DNA from: a virus
IMG/VR virus record: IMGVR_UViG_3300035034_001349
Location: 10,329-74,328 of that record
Reading direction: 5' to 3' (one strand)
Length of the DNA: 64,000 nucleotides
Shown here piece by piece: positions 30,909 through 41,306 of this stretch; positions within the stretch are counted from its first letter, which is position 1, and every line of letters starts with the position of its first letter. The notes below the pieces were generated by a model. That model searched no databases and was not told the origin of the DNA. It saw only the letters and a program-made list of their open reading frames with translations. Both the position numbers and the translations under genes were made by a program.

Positions 30909-31361
30909 TTATACTGCAGTCAAAGAATAACCTAGTATTGATGGATGCTTACTTAGTCTATATGTGTTTCCATGATCTTCAGTAAATATACATGTTTGCA
31001 AATTATCCATTCCAATTTCATTACCTACAAATATCTTAAATAGCTCAGATTTAAAAGAGGCTAGATCAGTATAATTATATTCCCCAATGACTTTATAAAT
31101 GTTGGACCAACTTACATTAACAGTAAGTGTTACGTTATCCCTAATTAATATTGCATATTCCGTTCCCCACACTCTTAAACGTATTACATTGCACCTCGAC
31201 TCTATAAGCTGATCTAAAGTGTCATAATAATATTTAGTATCACCAGATTTAGGTATACCAAATATACTGTAAAGTATATTATATACAACATCAAGCGATT
31301 CTATTAAGTTATAGTCAGGTTTTCCAGGTTTACTTACTTTAACTTTCTTTCTATAATGCAA
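30909..31361 (-). CDS. Paralog-array protein
   Basis: 150 aa; SFKSELFKIFVG; AGGAGGT SD. Confidence 0.7.
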   Translation of the reverse strand: MHYRKKVKVSKPGKPDYNLIESLDVVYNILYSIFGIPKSGDTKYYYDTLDQLIESRCNVIRLRVWGTEYAILIRDNVTLTVNVSWSNIYKVIGEYNYTDLASFKSELFKIFVGNEIGMDNLQTCIFTEDHGNTYRLSKHPSILGYSLTAV

Positions 31362-31382
31362 CAGTACGCACCTCCTTTAATA

Positions 31383-31949
31383 TTATATTATATCGCTAAT
31401 TGAATTATCACAATCACCATAGTTGTATCTTTTAACACTATAATTATTTTCCCTTAGTTCATCTATATTATCAAACTTTTTATATAAACCTAGAAATAAA
31501 CCTACTCCTGATGCCTTAGTATATCCTCGTATATTATTAAGTGTATAATATGAATCTGATACGTTATATAAAGGGTCTATAATCCCTAGGCTGGTAAATA
31601 TCTTAAATAAATCTGGCTTTAATTTACTTATACCATCCTCATCTAGACTATATTCACCTACTACTAACACGCATTGATTCTCACTAGCTTTCACACTTCT
31701 TGGGTTTGATTGTATACCATGCATGTTTATAGCTAAATTATTAGTCACTATTACTGCAAAGCAATCCAATATAACCATTGTAAAATCTGGACTTAATTTT
31801 ATGATATTGTCTGAATTTGGACTGGATACTTTATCTTTATGCTTTAGTCCTGGTATAACTTGTTCTATTTTCGTATTGAATATCTTAGTTGTGTTAGCTA
31901 TTTTATCATATTCATAGATTTTTTCGTCTTCAAATATAAGTCCTCTCAT
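31383..31949 (-). CDS. Paralog-array protein
   Basis: 188 aa; KLKPDLFKIFTS. Confidence 0.7.
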   Translation of the reverse strand: MRGLIFEDEKIYEYDKIANTTKIFNTKIEQVIPGLKHKDKVSSPNSDNIIKLSPDFTMVILDCFAVIVTNNLAINMHGIQSNPRSVKASENQCVLVVGEYSLDEDGISKLKPDLFKIFTSLGIIDPLYNVSDSYYTLNNIRGYTKASGVGLFLGLYKKFDNIDELRENNYSVKRYNYGDCDNSISDII

Positions 31950-31961
31950 TTTATCACCTCA

Positions 31962-32366
31962 TTATCTATTTTCAGAATGTAATAATCTTACATAGTCACC
32001 ATTATTTTCAATGACTGTTTCAACTACACATCCACTTGATTTATTACTAATATCGACACCATAATCTCCATCTGTAAACATTTTAAATACATGTGATTTG
32101 AATTTAGTAATTCTTTCATCATCTATATCCATTGTATCAATTAGGTATATAGGTCCTTTATGTTTAAAATATAAAGCTAAGTCGAAAGTGTTAGAATACA
32201 CAACTATTAATATTCTTCTATCTGTACTCGTTGTAATAGTTAGTGTATTCTTAAATATACTCACACTAGTCTCCCCAAATGTTTCATCTATAATAGATTT
32301 AAATAACTTTTTAAATCTATCAAGACCTCTAAGAACCGCTAACTCACTTTTTAAAGGGAAGATCAT
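31962..32366 (-). CDS. Paralog-array protein
   Basis: 134 aa; KFKSHVFKMFTDG. Confidence 0.7.
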   Translation of the reverse strand: MIFPLKSELAVLRGLDRFKKLFKSIIDETFGETSVSIFKNTLTITTSTDRRILIVVYSNTFDLALYFKHKGPIYLIDTMDIDDERITKFKSHVFKMFTDGDYGVDISNKSSGCVVETVIENNGDYVRLLHSENR

Positions 32367-32746
32367 AAGTTGGATACCGTATTGATCATATTATATTTTC
32401 TAGAACCATACTCTTTTACTGTAAATTCCACTATTTTAACATCTTTAGTAAATACAACAGTATCATGAACAAGTTCAAATAAATAATGTCTAAAATCTTC
32501 GACCTCATCAATTGGTATACTATAAAATAATGCATTATCCTTTGGTCTTACTATGTTAACACACTTATCATCCCAATTGAATATTACATATGGTTCATCA
32601 TCTCTTAATTTAGTCACTTTCATTTCATTAGAGTAATCCATAGAACTTTTAATTCCATTAATAAATGTATCACATATGATTGGAAAAAAATCACTCATAA
32701 ATTTTGAACCTAGTAAATTAATATCATTAGCATAATTATGTTTCAT
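32363..32746 (-). CDS. Paralog-array protein
   Basis: 127 aa; DFRHYLFELVHD. Confidence 0.7.
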   Translation of the reverse strand: MKHNYANDINLLGSKFMSDFFPIICDTFINGIKSSMDYSNEMKVTKLRDDEPYVIFNWDDKCVNIVRPKDNALFYSIPIDEVEDFRHYLFELVHDTVVFTKDVKIVEFTVKEYGSRKYNMINTVSNL

Positions 32747-32747
32747 A

Positions 32748-33203
32748 TTATCTCTCCTTTAACTCAACTTCTCCCACTTTAATTTTATAATGTTCTGTAT
32801 TTCCCGACTCAAGCACTAACGTATCTGTATTAAATTTAGTAACAATGTCTCCATCTTTTGTTTCAGGTGTACCATTGTTAAATAATTTAAACAAAGCTGA
32901 CTTGAATTTATTAATGTCATCTAATTTTATTTCATCTATCTGTAGGTCATATACAGAGTCTACAATAGTTACAGAATCCTCACCTATGATAAAATCTATA
33001 AATCTATTCCAATCACTTTCCATTTTTGGTTCTATTAATATTAATATTGATAGTGAATTTTTATATTCCCATGATGTTACATATTGTGAATTGTCATTAA
33101 GGAATAATTCATTTATAACAGGTTTAAAGTTTATAATGAATAAATCTATATTTTTGTTAATCTTATCTACATCATATGAAAATTTTTCTTTACTAGCCCT
33201 CAA
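32748..33203 (-). CDS. Paralog-array protein
   Basis: 151 aa; KFKSALFKLFNNG. Confidence 0.7.
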   Translation of the reverse strand: MRASKEKFSYDVDKINKNIDLFIINFKPVINELFLNDNSQYVTSWEYKNSLSILILIEPKMESDWNRFIDFIIGEDSVTIVDSVYDLQIDEIKLDDINKFKSALFKLFNNGTPETKDGDIVTKFNTDTLVLESGNTEHYKIKVGEVELKER

Positions 33204-33208
33204 TTACA

Positions 33209-33428
33209 TCATCCTCCCATACTAAATATTAAACCTAAGCCACCATTGTCTATATAATCACCCTTTACAGACTCAGTCGTTTCTATACTATCTTTCTCAG
33301 TCTTTATTCCGAATAATGTTAACTTAAACTTATTTATCAAATTCTCATCAGAGAAATTTATTATATTGATCGCCATGTGATGTTTGAAGTATAAATGGTT
33401 TTAAATCTTCTGAATTTTTATTATTCAT
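33209..33428 (-). pseudogene. Internally deleted, frameshifted paralog remnant
   Basis: TAATG-coupled start MNNKNSEDLKPF... is out of frame with MAINIINFSDENLINKFKLTLFGIK...GG*, which carries the family motif. Confidence 0.5.
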
Positions 33429-33906
33429 TATTCAACCTCCATTACATAACTATCATATCCAGTATTAATAATCTCTTTGAGTTCAACTAAGTTATATATC
33501 TCATTTTCAAAACCTAAATTAATACCATACATTTTGTCATAATCATCAACATCAATCATACTGCTATTAATTCTAAATACTACATTTTTCCAGTTATTTA
33601 AGGAGTTGGTATCATTAGGTATACTTTTAATTCTCCTATACGTATCAATGAATCCAAGGTCACTCATATCTTTTATAAGTATAGATGCTCTTCCATTAAT
33701 CATAACCTCAATACATTCATCAGATAATAATACACACAACTTCTTATTTATAGCTCTATGGCTTATCATTATTGTGTTTAATTTAATATCACAATGTATA
33801 TCTAATATACTTTCATATACAGGTAAATACTCTTTAATAAATGTTTCCATATTTTTTTTTCTCTAATACTTTCTTTATTCATAGTAGGTTCTTTTATATT
33901 AATCAT
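33428..33906 (-). CDS. Paralog-array protein; N-terminus frameshifted at an A9 run
   Basis: NWKNVVFRINS; upstream MINIKEPTMNKEVLEK joins METF... if the A9 run (33852-33860) were A8. Confidence 0.6.
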
Positions 33907-34356
33907 TATCTTGTCTTACTCCTCTCATATTCATAAACATTAAAGTGACTATTGTCACCATCATCTACTTTTTTTTTAATATAAATACTTCTCCTTCTTC
34001 CATATTCTCATTACACCTTAGTTTAAATATAAATTTTTCCAATTTGAAGTATAAAATTTATCGTTAGCTATGTGCTCAATCTCGGTATATTCTGTTACAA
34101 TACTATGCTTATACATTCTCCCCAAGTCTTTATCTACGTACTTCTTTCTTCTTACTCCTGTAGATTTATGTCTAAGTATATATGTTGCATCTTTCTTAAA
34201 TACTGCCTTAACACTTTTAATATCTTCACTTAGTTTAAAATATAGGACTACGGAATTTAAATCAACCGAATGATTTGAGAGTATAAATAATTCTTTAAAT
34301 ATAGGTAGTATATTCTTATTGAATCTGTCGACTTGACTTAATTCATCATCATACAT
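33906..34356 (-). CDS. Paralog-array protein; two A-run frameshifts in the C-terminus
   Basis: Correcting A5 (about 34034-34038) and A9 (33969-33977) gives NWKKFIFKLRCNE...HFNVYEYE, matching the neighbour's NWRKFIFNLNS...RFNVSEY. Confidence 0.6.
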
Positions 34357-34886
34357 TAGATTAAATCCTCCTCAAATATATACTCTGAGACATTGAAGCG
34401 TTTACGTATTACACCTCTACTTCTTCTACTTATACTATATGACCTAACCTCATTATATGACACATTATCACTATTCAGATTAAATATAAATTTCCTCCAA
34501 TTAGTATTATAATTATAGTCATATTTAATATACTCTAGTTTTAAATATGCTTGGAATTGTTCTTTAGTATTATAATTATAGTCATATTTAATATACTCTA
34601 GTTTTAAATATGCTTGGAATTGTTCTCCAGGCTTATCTCCTCCAGCATGTCTAAAACTATGATACTCTATCGGTGCTCTTATGACTAAGGTATCCTGTTT
34701 CATTATGTAGACTCCACTAGGTTCAAATACAAGATATAATGGCTCTATTTGAGCAAATTCCAGATTAATCACATTAGACATTTGACCATTTCTTAATACT
34801 TTGAATACTGATTCAAATTCATTAAGAGTATACTCAATAAAATCACTTATTTTTGTTGAAATTATATTATTTTCTTTTTTATCCAT
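34356..34886 (-). CDS. Paralog-array protein with an internal 21-aa duplication; first gene of the array
   Basis: 176 aa; NWRKFIFNLNS; early promoter at 34937-34955. Confidence 0.7.
   Translation of the reverse strand: MDKKENNIISTKISDFIEYTLNEFESVFKVLRNGQMSNVINLEFAQIEPLYLVFEPSGVYIMKQDTLVIRAPIEYHSFRHAGGDKPGEQFQAYLKLEYIKYDYNYNTKEQFQAYLKLEYIKYDYNYNTNWRKFIFNLNSDNVSYNEVRSYSISRRSRGVIRKRFNVSEYIFEEDLI
34501..34626. repeat. Perfect 63-bp tandem duplication
   Basis: 34501-34563 is identical to 34564-34626 (EQFQAYLKLEYIKYDYNYNT twice). Confidence 0.95.
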
Positions 34887-34936
34887 CCAATCATCCTTTC
34901 ATTATTAAAATAAAAACCTTAACAAATTATTAATTA

Positions 34937-34955
34937 ATCAATATTATAATATATA
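34937..34955 (-). promoter_or_regulatory. Early promoter of the paralog array (faces the late portal promoter at 34921-34932, + strand)
   Basis: TATATATTATAATATTGAT; AACA-AATTAT-TA on the + strand. Confidence 0.7.
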
Positions 34956-35015
34956 TTTAAATTTAAAACATAAATTAGGAGGTGTGGTAAGTCTAATAAC
35001 TTAGACTTGTATAAT

Positions 35016-37295
35016 ATGGCTAAAAAGAAGAACAATAAGATACTAGATACTTTAAATCGTTTAACAACGGGTGCTATATATGGAACAGATCAAGATGTTC
35101 ATGATTCCAATAAAGCAGATATAACCGAGATTAAGGGTATCATAAACAAAATTAATGGTAAGTATAAGCAGAATACTGGCTCAGAAATGATGGACTTTTT
35201 CAATAGTGTTAGTAATAATGAAAACCGCAAGAAGAAGGATGAAGATAGTAAGAAGAATAAGAAGAAAGAACTTATAAAATTAGATGATATAGTCAAGACT
35301 GATGAATATCAGAATGCTATAAGTGATATATTCTTCTCAGAGAAAGATAGATTTAATCTTTATCATAACTTCGACTTAATCTATAATAATATACCACAGA
35401 TGGGACAAGCTTTAGATACATATGTGGATAATATATTATCACCAGATGATTTCACTAAGAACATATTTAATGTAAAATATAATGATATAGCTTCAGAAGT
35501 GACTAAGGATATTGTAATGTCTAATTTAAATAGGATAAAAAAGAATTACAATATTAAGTATAATGCTAAGAAGTATATTAAGAATGCTTTAAAGAATGGT
35601 GATGAATTTGTCGCAGTACTAAAGATAAGTAAAGAGATTGATAGATTACTTGTAGAAGATGAAGATGAAGAACTTTTCTTTGATAGAAGTAATGATGATG
35701 GAAAGAAGTTAGGTACTGAAGATATACGTTTAACTAATGAAGAATTATCAGTGCTTGAATCAATGAATAAGCAGTCTAAAGGTGATAAAGTACTAAACTT
35801 ACAAGAGAGTATGAAAGGTAATGATTACAAACAGTTAAAAGAAAACTGGCAAAGTTATATATCTGAGATATTAAATGAAAATATTGAAGTTGAATATGAT
35901 AGTAAGTCATTAACAAATAAGATAAAACAAGTACAAAAGGACTTTGCATCTGATAAAAGTACTACTATTGGAGACAATATTGGGGGAGATAATAATAAGT
36001 CTAAAGATGATAAGAATAATGCAATTGAACTTAATGGTTCTATAGTAAAGAGGTTAGAACCTGAGAATGTTATAAAACTAGAAGTAGAAGGCGTTAACTA
36101 TGGTTATTATTATATTGAAAAGAGAGATGAAAGATTTGGTGAATCTAAGAGTACTAATCAAGCTATAACTGATATAGACTTAAGTTTCTCAAATGGTGAC
36201 CTTGACGATAATACAAATAAAAAAGTAAAACTTGTAAATGATATATTTGCTAAGAATATAGCTAGTAAAATAGATAAGACGTTTATAAAAGATAATCCTG
36301 AATTCAAGAATATTATTCATAACCTTTTAAGAAATAACTATATAACAAATGGTAAGGTAAAAATTATATATCTACAACCAGATGAGGTAGTACATTTCAA
36401 AGGTGATGATGATGGGTCTGTTTACGGGGAGTCTTTATATAAAAATATACTATTTACAGCTAAAATGTACTTAACTGTTTTAACTAGTGATTTAATGAGT
36501 AAATTAGTTAGAAGTCCAGATAAGAGAACTTTTTATATAGAAGTTGGGTTAGATGAAGATAGCGAAGCAGCTGTAGAGAGTTTTGTAAGAGATATTAAGA
36601 CTAAAGATATAACTATGGATAACCTTAAAGATATAGATACTGCTATGAATTCAGTTGGTACGTTCCAGGATTACTATATTCCAGTAGTTAATGGAGAAAA
36701 ACCAGTTGAAATTGATAGAACTGATGGTCTTGACACTGATATTAAGAATGACTTCTCTGAGTATCTACTTGAAGCTATGATTTCAGGCGTAGGTATACCT
36801 AAAGATTTCCTTTCTTATAGTGATACTGAGTTTGTACGTTCGTTAGCAATGCAGAATGGTAAATTCATTAGAAGCATTATAGTAAAGCAATCTATGATGG
36901 CAGAAGGATTCAATAAGTTGATTAGAATGATTTATAAGAATGAATTTGATCATAAAGGTAAACAAGGTGAAGACTTTGATGTTAGAAGTATACTTCAGAA
37001 TATATCTGTAGAATTCCCACCACCATCATCACTTAATGTAAGTAACTTAAGTGAACAGATACGTAATAGTGGTGACGTTATAAATTTCATAGTTGAAACT
37101 TATATGGGTGATAGAACAGAAGATGAAGAATTAAAGAGAAGATTTAAGAAGACAGTTACTAAAGAATTTATTCCATCAATTGAATGGAGTAGATATGATA
37201 CTATTTATGAAAATGCTATTAAAGGTAAAACAAAGGATGAATTACTTGTAGACGGAGGAGAAGACGAAGATTCAGGTGGAGGAAGTTCTTGGTAA
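35016..37295 (+). CDS. Portal protein (T4 gp20-like)
   Basis: RSPDKRTFYIEVG, QDYYIPV and SGVGIPKDFL match T4 gp20-type motifs; ATG at 35016. Confidence 0.85.
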   Translation: MAKKKNNKILDTLNRLTTGAIYGTDQDVHDSNKADITEIKGIINKINGKYKQNTGSEMMDFFNSVSNNENRKKKDEDSKKNKKKELIKLDDIVKTDEYQNAISDIFFSEKDRFNLYHNFDLIYNNIPQMGQALDTYVDNILSPDDFTKNIFNVKYNDIASEVTKDIVMSNLNRIKKNYNIKYNAKKYIKNALKNGDEFVAVLKISKEIDRLLVEDEDEELFFDRSNDDGKKLGTEDIRLTNEELSVLESMNKQSKGDKVLNLQESMKGNDYKQLKENWQSYISEILNENIEVEYDSKSLTNKIKQVQKDFASDKSTTIGDNIGGDNNKSKDDKNNAIELNGSIVKRLEPENVIKLEVEGVNYGYYYIEKRDERFGESKSTNQAITDIDLSFSNGDLDDNTNKKVKLVNDIFAKNIASKIDKTFIKDNPEFKNIIHNLLRNNYITNGKVKIIYLQPDEVVHFKGDDDGSVYGESLYKNILFTAKMYLTVLTSDLMSKLVRSPDKRTFYIEVGLDEDSEAAVESFVRDIKTKDITMDNLKDIDTAMNSVGTFQDYYIPVVNGEKPVEIDRTDGLDTDIKNDFSEYLLEAMISGVGIPKDFLSYSDTEFVRSLAMQNGKFIRSIIVKQSMMAEGFNKLIRMIYKNEFDHKGKQGEDFDVRSILQNISVEFPPPSSLNVSNLSEQIRNSGDVINFIVETYMGDRTEDEELKRRFKKTVTKEFIPSIEWSRYDTIYENAIKGKTKDELLVDGGEDEDSGGGSSW

Positions 37296-37310
37296 TATAA
37301 TAAAAATAAA

Positions 37311-37340
37311 AAGACTATAACCAATTAAGGTTATAGTCTT
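37311..37340. terminator. Bidirectional terminator
   Basis: AAGACTATAACC-AATTAA-GGTTATAGTCTT. Confidence 0.8.
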
Positions 37341-37356
37341 ATTTTTATTATTTATA

Positions 37357-38178
37357 CTAACCAGCACTACCATGAGCTGATCTGTCAATTTCAGTGGATG
37401 TAATATCTTTAGATTCATCATATGAATCAGAAATATTATCGCTTCCGTTATCTCCTGTAGGATCAAACGCACCCATTTCTTTGAAACCATATTTATTTTT
37501 CTTAAGTAATTCTTTAGCAAACTCATCAACTTTAGCTGAAAGATTCAAATCACCAGTGAATGATTGTTCATATTCAACTTGGTCATGTGTACCTTGAGTG
37601 TAGTTGAAGTGGCTTAATCTAATTGCCTTAGGCATTACATTAGTATAATAAGCCGCAAATTCAATATTGTTTTTATCAACGTTGTTCGCATCAGGTCTAG
37701 TAACAATGTAAATTAGTTCTCCAGTATGATTAGCAGATGCATAATCGATATCATGAATCTTTGGATAAGTTGCAAGACCAGTTTCAGGGTCTCTAATTCC
37801 AGTTACCCAATACTGATACATATTCTTCATTGGTGAACCACTGAATTCTTGGTGCTTAATTGTAAATTCAGTATTTTGCTTCTTAATTCCACCTGCAATA
37901 TGGTACTCATTTGCATTGAAGCCATGTGTAACAGAGATTGTTTCTAATTCAATGTCACTTAAACCGCCAAATTCTTTGAAATTCTTTTCAGTCATTACTG
38001 CAAAATCAGGATAAGTATCTGTTACCCACTTAGGTAGTGTTACCCAAATGAAGAACGCATAACCTGTAACAAGATTATCATATTCCATCTTTTGTAAGTC
38101 GAATGAACCTGTAAAGAAATTCGAATTGGAAGCATTTTTAACGTTAAAGCTATTTATAGACGCTCCAGGTTTAATCAT
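37357..38178 (-). CDS. Tail tube protein
   Basis: 273 aa downstream of the sheath; W...I.DP.TG and YYTNVMP tube-like motifs; late promoter at 38214-38225. Confidence 0.75.
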   Translation of the reverse strand: MIKPGASINSFNVKNASNSNFFTGSFDLQKMEYDNLVTGYAFFIWVTLPKWVTDTYPDFAVMTEKNFKEFGGLSDIELETISVTHGFNANEYHIAGGIKKQNTEFTIKHQEFSGSPMKNMYQYWVTGIRDPETGLATYPKIHDIDYASANHTGELIYIVTRPDANNVDKNNIEFAAYYTNVMPKAIRLSHFNYTQGTHDQVEYEQSFTGDLNLSAKVDEFAKELLKKNKYGFKEMGAFDPTGDNGSDNISDSYDESKDITSTEIDRSAHGSAG

Positions 38179-38283
38179 ATATTCCCATTCCTTTCTTTAT
38201 ATTCAAATTATATTAATTATTTGTTAGTTATATAAAATAAAGGGAGAGTTTATAGTAAACTCAACCCCTTAGTCTAATTATTA

Positions 38284-41136
38284 TTAATTAACAGTTAAGC
38301 TAATGAAAATTCTTTCGATTGTTGAGTTAAACTCTAACTCAATTCTTACTCTAGCTACTTTCTGCTTTCTATCATACTCAGACGCATATACAGTACCACT
38401 AATTGAAGTACAAGCTTTATTAGTAACCCACTTCTGAAGATATCCATTTAAATTGCTTTGTGCAATTGTTAATGTATTAGGATCATTAAATTCAAATTGA
38501 TAATCTTCCATCATTAATTCAGCATCTCTCTGAATCTTAAGCAATACACGTACATTATTAATGTTACTTAATGCAGATGTTGCTTTCTGAGAAGTTAATT
38601 GAGTACCAAATCTAGTACGTCTATTATCAGACTCTATATAGTTAAGCTGATTTTTATATAACTGTGTCTTCCAAGGTTCATTAGGGTTATAAGATAACTT
38701 CTTAAATCCTGATACTATACCTCTTCTATTTCCTGCTAATGGGTATTGAATACCATTAGAATCATCATTAGTAGGAATCATTCCCGCTAACATATACGTA
38801 GGTGTTACTTTAATATCTTTACCAGTATATTCTGCATCACTAACAATTAAGTCTTGTGTATATACTGCAAGTCTAAAGTCACTAACGTTATTAGCTTTTC
38901 TATAATCAATAGACTGCTTTGGTGTTGCTTGGAATCCAGTATCAAGGAAACCCATAAAGTCACGTCTAATGTCTTTAACTAATTCAGAAATTGCATCTTT
39001 AACTGATTGTGTGTAATTTGCATCTAATACTAAGTCAACAGGTATTAATTTCTTATTAAGAATATTATCATCTACTAGACCAGTATAAGCACGAACTAAT
39101 AACGACTCAACAGTTTGTGATCTTAATGCTGAATCTGATACATCTAAATCTCCATCAGAACCATTAACTAAGAATGTTCCAGTTGGTAAATCTTCTAATG
39201 TATATTCGTGTGCATTACTTTCAATATCTACTAATTCTAATTGATAATCTGCAATTTTACCTTCAACGATATCAACTATAGCAGGTATATCAGAGCCATT
39301 TACATTTCCTTCTGCAGATGTAGCAACTGCATTTGCATATGTGAAAGCATCATCAATTCTAATAATTAGTGAATCAACGATATCAATTCCATTTTCAACT
39401 CTTACTTTTTCTATTGCATCTAATAGAGTATCTGTTAAACCAGCATAGCCAGTTGTAATAGCTTCTAATGCAACAGTTTTATCAGACTCAATAGCAAATG
39501 AATTTATAACTTCATTATATTCAGTCTGTAATGTGGCTAATGTGCTCTCTGCAGAAGTAATATCATCATCAGCATAAGTATTAGTGTCGCCATCATTTAT
39601 CTTTAAGAATGTGATTAATTCATCAGCAGTTCCTAAGTAATCATAAATAGAAGTAACTAATGATGTTGAAGTAATATCATCACCATACTTAGCATATTCA
39701 GTGTCTACATTCTTATCAGCATCTTCTAAAAGACCCTTGTATTTACCCAATTTTATATTAACGATATCATAATCAACGATTTCATTTCTGATAGCATCGA
39801 TTTCATTATTTAAATTAGTTGTTTCAGCTATGCTCTCGATTGTCTCACTATAATCACGTATTTCTTCATATAATGGAACAATATTTCTAGAACCAGTAAC
39901 TAACTGTTTAGCTGAGGCTAGTACAGATGAAGCATCAGATTGGTCTGTGTCATAAGTAGACTTAACAGATTCATATGTTGTCATAACAGATTCTGTCACA
40001 CCAACTAAGTCATCATGTGCTACATATAAAGTACCATCAGTAGTATTAACTAATTCAGTGGTTAATGTATCAAAGCTACCTGCTTTAACGTTAGAAAGAA
40101 CTAACTTAGCATTATCAATTGTATTATTCATAGCATCTAAATCATGACTACGATAATTATTATCTGCAGTTACGATGAATTTTTCAATACTATCGTCAAC
40201 ATCTACTAGGTTATTAGAACCTGTAGCGTTTCCATTACTATCATATTCATTAATAGCAATTAATAAATCTTCTTCAGAACCAGTAATGCTATCTGCATAT
40301 ACTTGTTCCATACTATCAAATGTGATCATGTCTAATTTCTTAGGATGAACATTAGGATTAATGATTTCTCCTATCTTACCATATGCGTCTTCATTGAAGA
40401 TAACATTAGCAATATTAGAATACTTATCAACCATATATTTTATGAACATTGACTCTCCACTAATACTTTGTGCATCAGGGTCAAGTGAAACATTGAAAGG
40501 ACCTTCAATACTCTCAATAGAACCTGAAGAACTAATTTGTGTAATTTCTAATGAATAAACATTGAAATCATATGTCTCTTTGAACTCATCATTAAGATAC
40601 ATTTTGAATCCTAATTTGTAACTAGTACCTCTACCTTTTGGATATAAACCGAAAAGCATATTTGTTTCAAATCCATCAACTGTCACGTCACGTTCCTTAG
40701 TCAATTCATTAACTAAAGCACCATCACTAACATTATTAACTTCAGTAGTATTAACGACTGTTTTAACTTCAACGTCATCAAAACTAACTAATGTACCAGA
40801 TGAATCTTTTACTTGTTTACTACCTATTTTAGTCTGAAGACCGAACATTGTATGTGAGTAACCTGCATTATCAGGCATTACTCTTAATCCGTAAAGTCCT
40901 CCACCACTTTGAAGCCAGTTCATTATATTGTATAATGATTGTCCATGCTTACGCATATTAGGCTCACCATACTCGAATAAGAACTCAGACGGTGATGTAA
41001 TCATTTTAATTACATTATCCTCACCCTTATCAGAAGTGAAAGCGGCAAATAATTGTGTTGTACCTTCAGATGTTAAAAAGGTAATAGAATTATCAACTAT
41101 TGTACTTTCTACACTTGGATGTAAATATTTCGCCAT
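38284..41136 (-). CDS. Contractile tail sheath protein with a large helical insertion
   Basis: N-terminal YLHPSV, FLFEYGEP, AGNRRG, LYKNQLNYI, NVRVLL, FEFND; late promoter at 41227-41238. Confidence 0.88.
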   Translation of the reverse strand: MAKYLHPSVESTIVDNSITFLTSEGTTQLFAAFTSDKGEDNVIKMITSPSEFLFEYGEPNMRKHGQSLYNIMNWLQSGGGLYGLRVMPDNAGYSHTMFGLQTKIGSKQVKDSSGTLVSFDDVEVKTVVNTTEVNNVSDGALVNELTKERDVTVDGFETNMLFGLYPKGRGTSYKLGFKMYLNDEFKETYDFNVYSLEITQISSSGSIESIEGPFNVSLDPDAQSISGESMFIKYMVDKYSNIANVIFNEDAYGKIGEIINPNVHPKKLDMITFDSMEQVYADSITGSEEDLLIAINEYDSNGNATGSNNLVDVDDSIEKFIVTADNNYRSHDLDAMNNTIDNAKLVLSNVKAGSFDTLTTELVNTTDGTLYVAHDDLVGVTESVMTTYESVKSTYDTDQSDASSVLASAKQLVTGSRNIVPLYEEIRDYSETIESIAETTNLNNEIDAIRNEIVDYDIVNIKLGKYKGLLEDADKNVDTEYAKYGDDITSTSLVTSIYDYLGTADELITFLKINDGDTNTYADDDITSAESTLATLQTEYNEVINSFAIESDKTVALEAITTGYAGLTDTLLDAIEKVRVENGIDIVDSLIIRIDDAFTYANAVATSAEGNVNGSDIPAIVDIVEGKIADYQLELVDIESNAHEYTLEDLPTGTFLVNGSDGDLDVSDSALRSQTVESLLVRAYTGLVDDNILNKKLIPVDLVLDANYTQSVKDAISELVKDIRRDFMGFLDTGFQATPKQSIDYRKANNVSDFRLAVYTQDLIVSDAEYTGKDIKVTPTYMLAGMIPTNDDSNGIQYPLAGNRRGIVSGFKKLSYNPNEPWKTQLYKNQLNYIESDNRRTRFGTQLTSQKATSALSNINNVRVLLKIQRDAELMMEDYQFEFNDPNTLTIAQSNLNGYLQKWVTNKACTSISGTVYASEYDRKQKVARVRIELEFNSTIERIFISLTVN

Positions 41137-41306
41137 AATAACTCTCCTTTTCTTGTAATTTTATTAATAAAATTGAATTAAATATAATTCTTAATATAAG
41201 TTGTTTAACAACTATTATCATTTATTTAATTATTTGTTTTGTTATAATATCAGAAAATTGTTGAGTTAATGTCCCATTACCCTTAATAGGTAATGGGATT
41301 TTGTGT

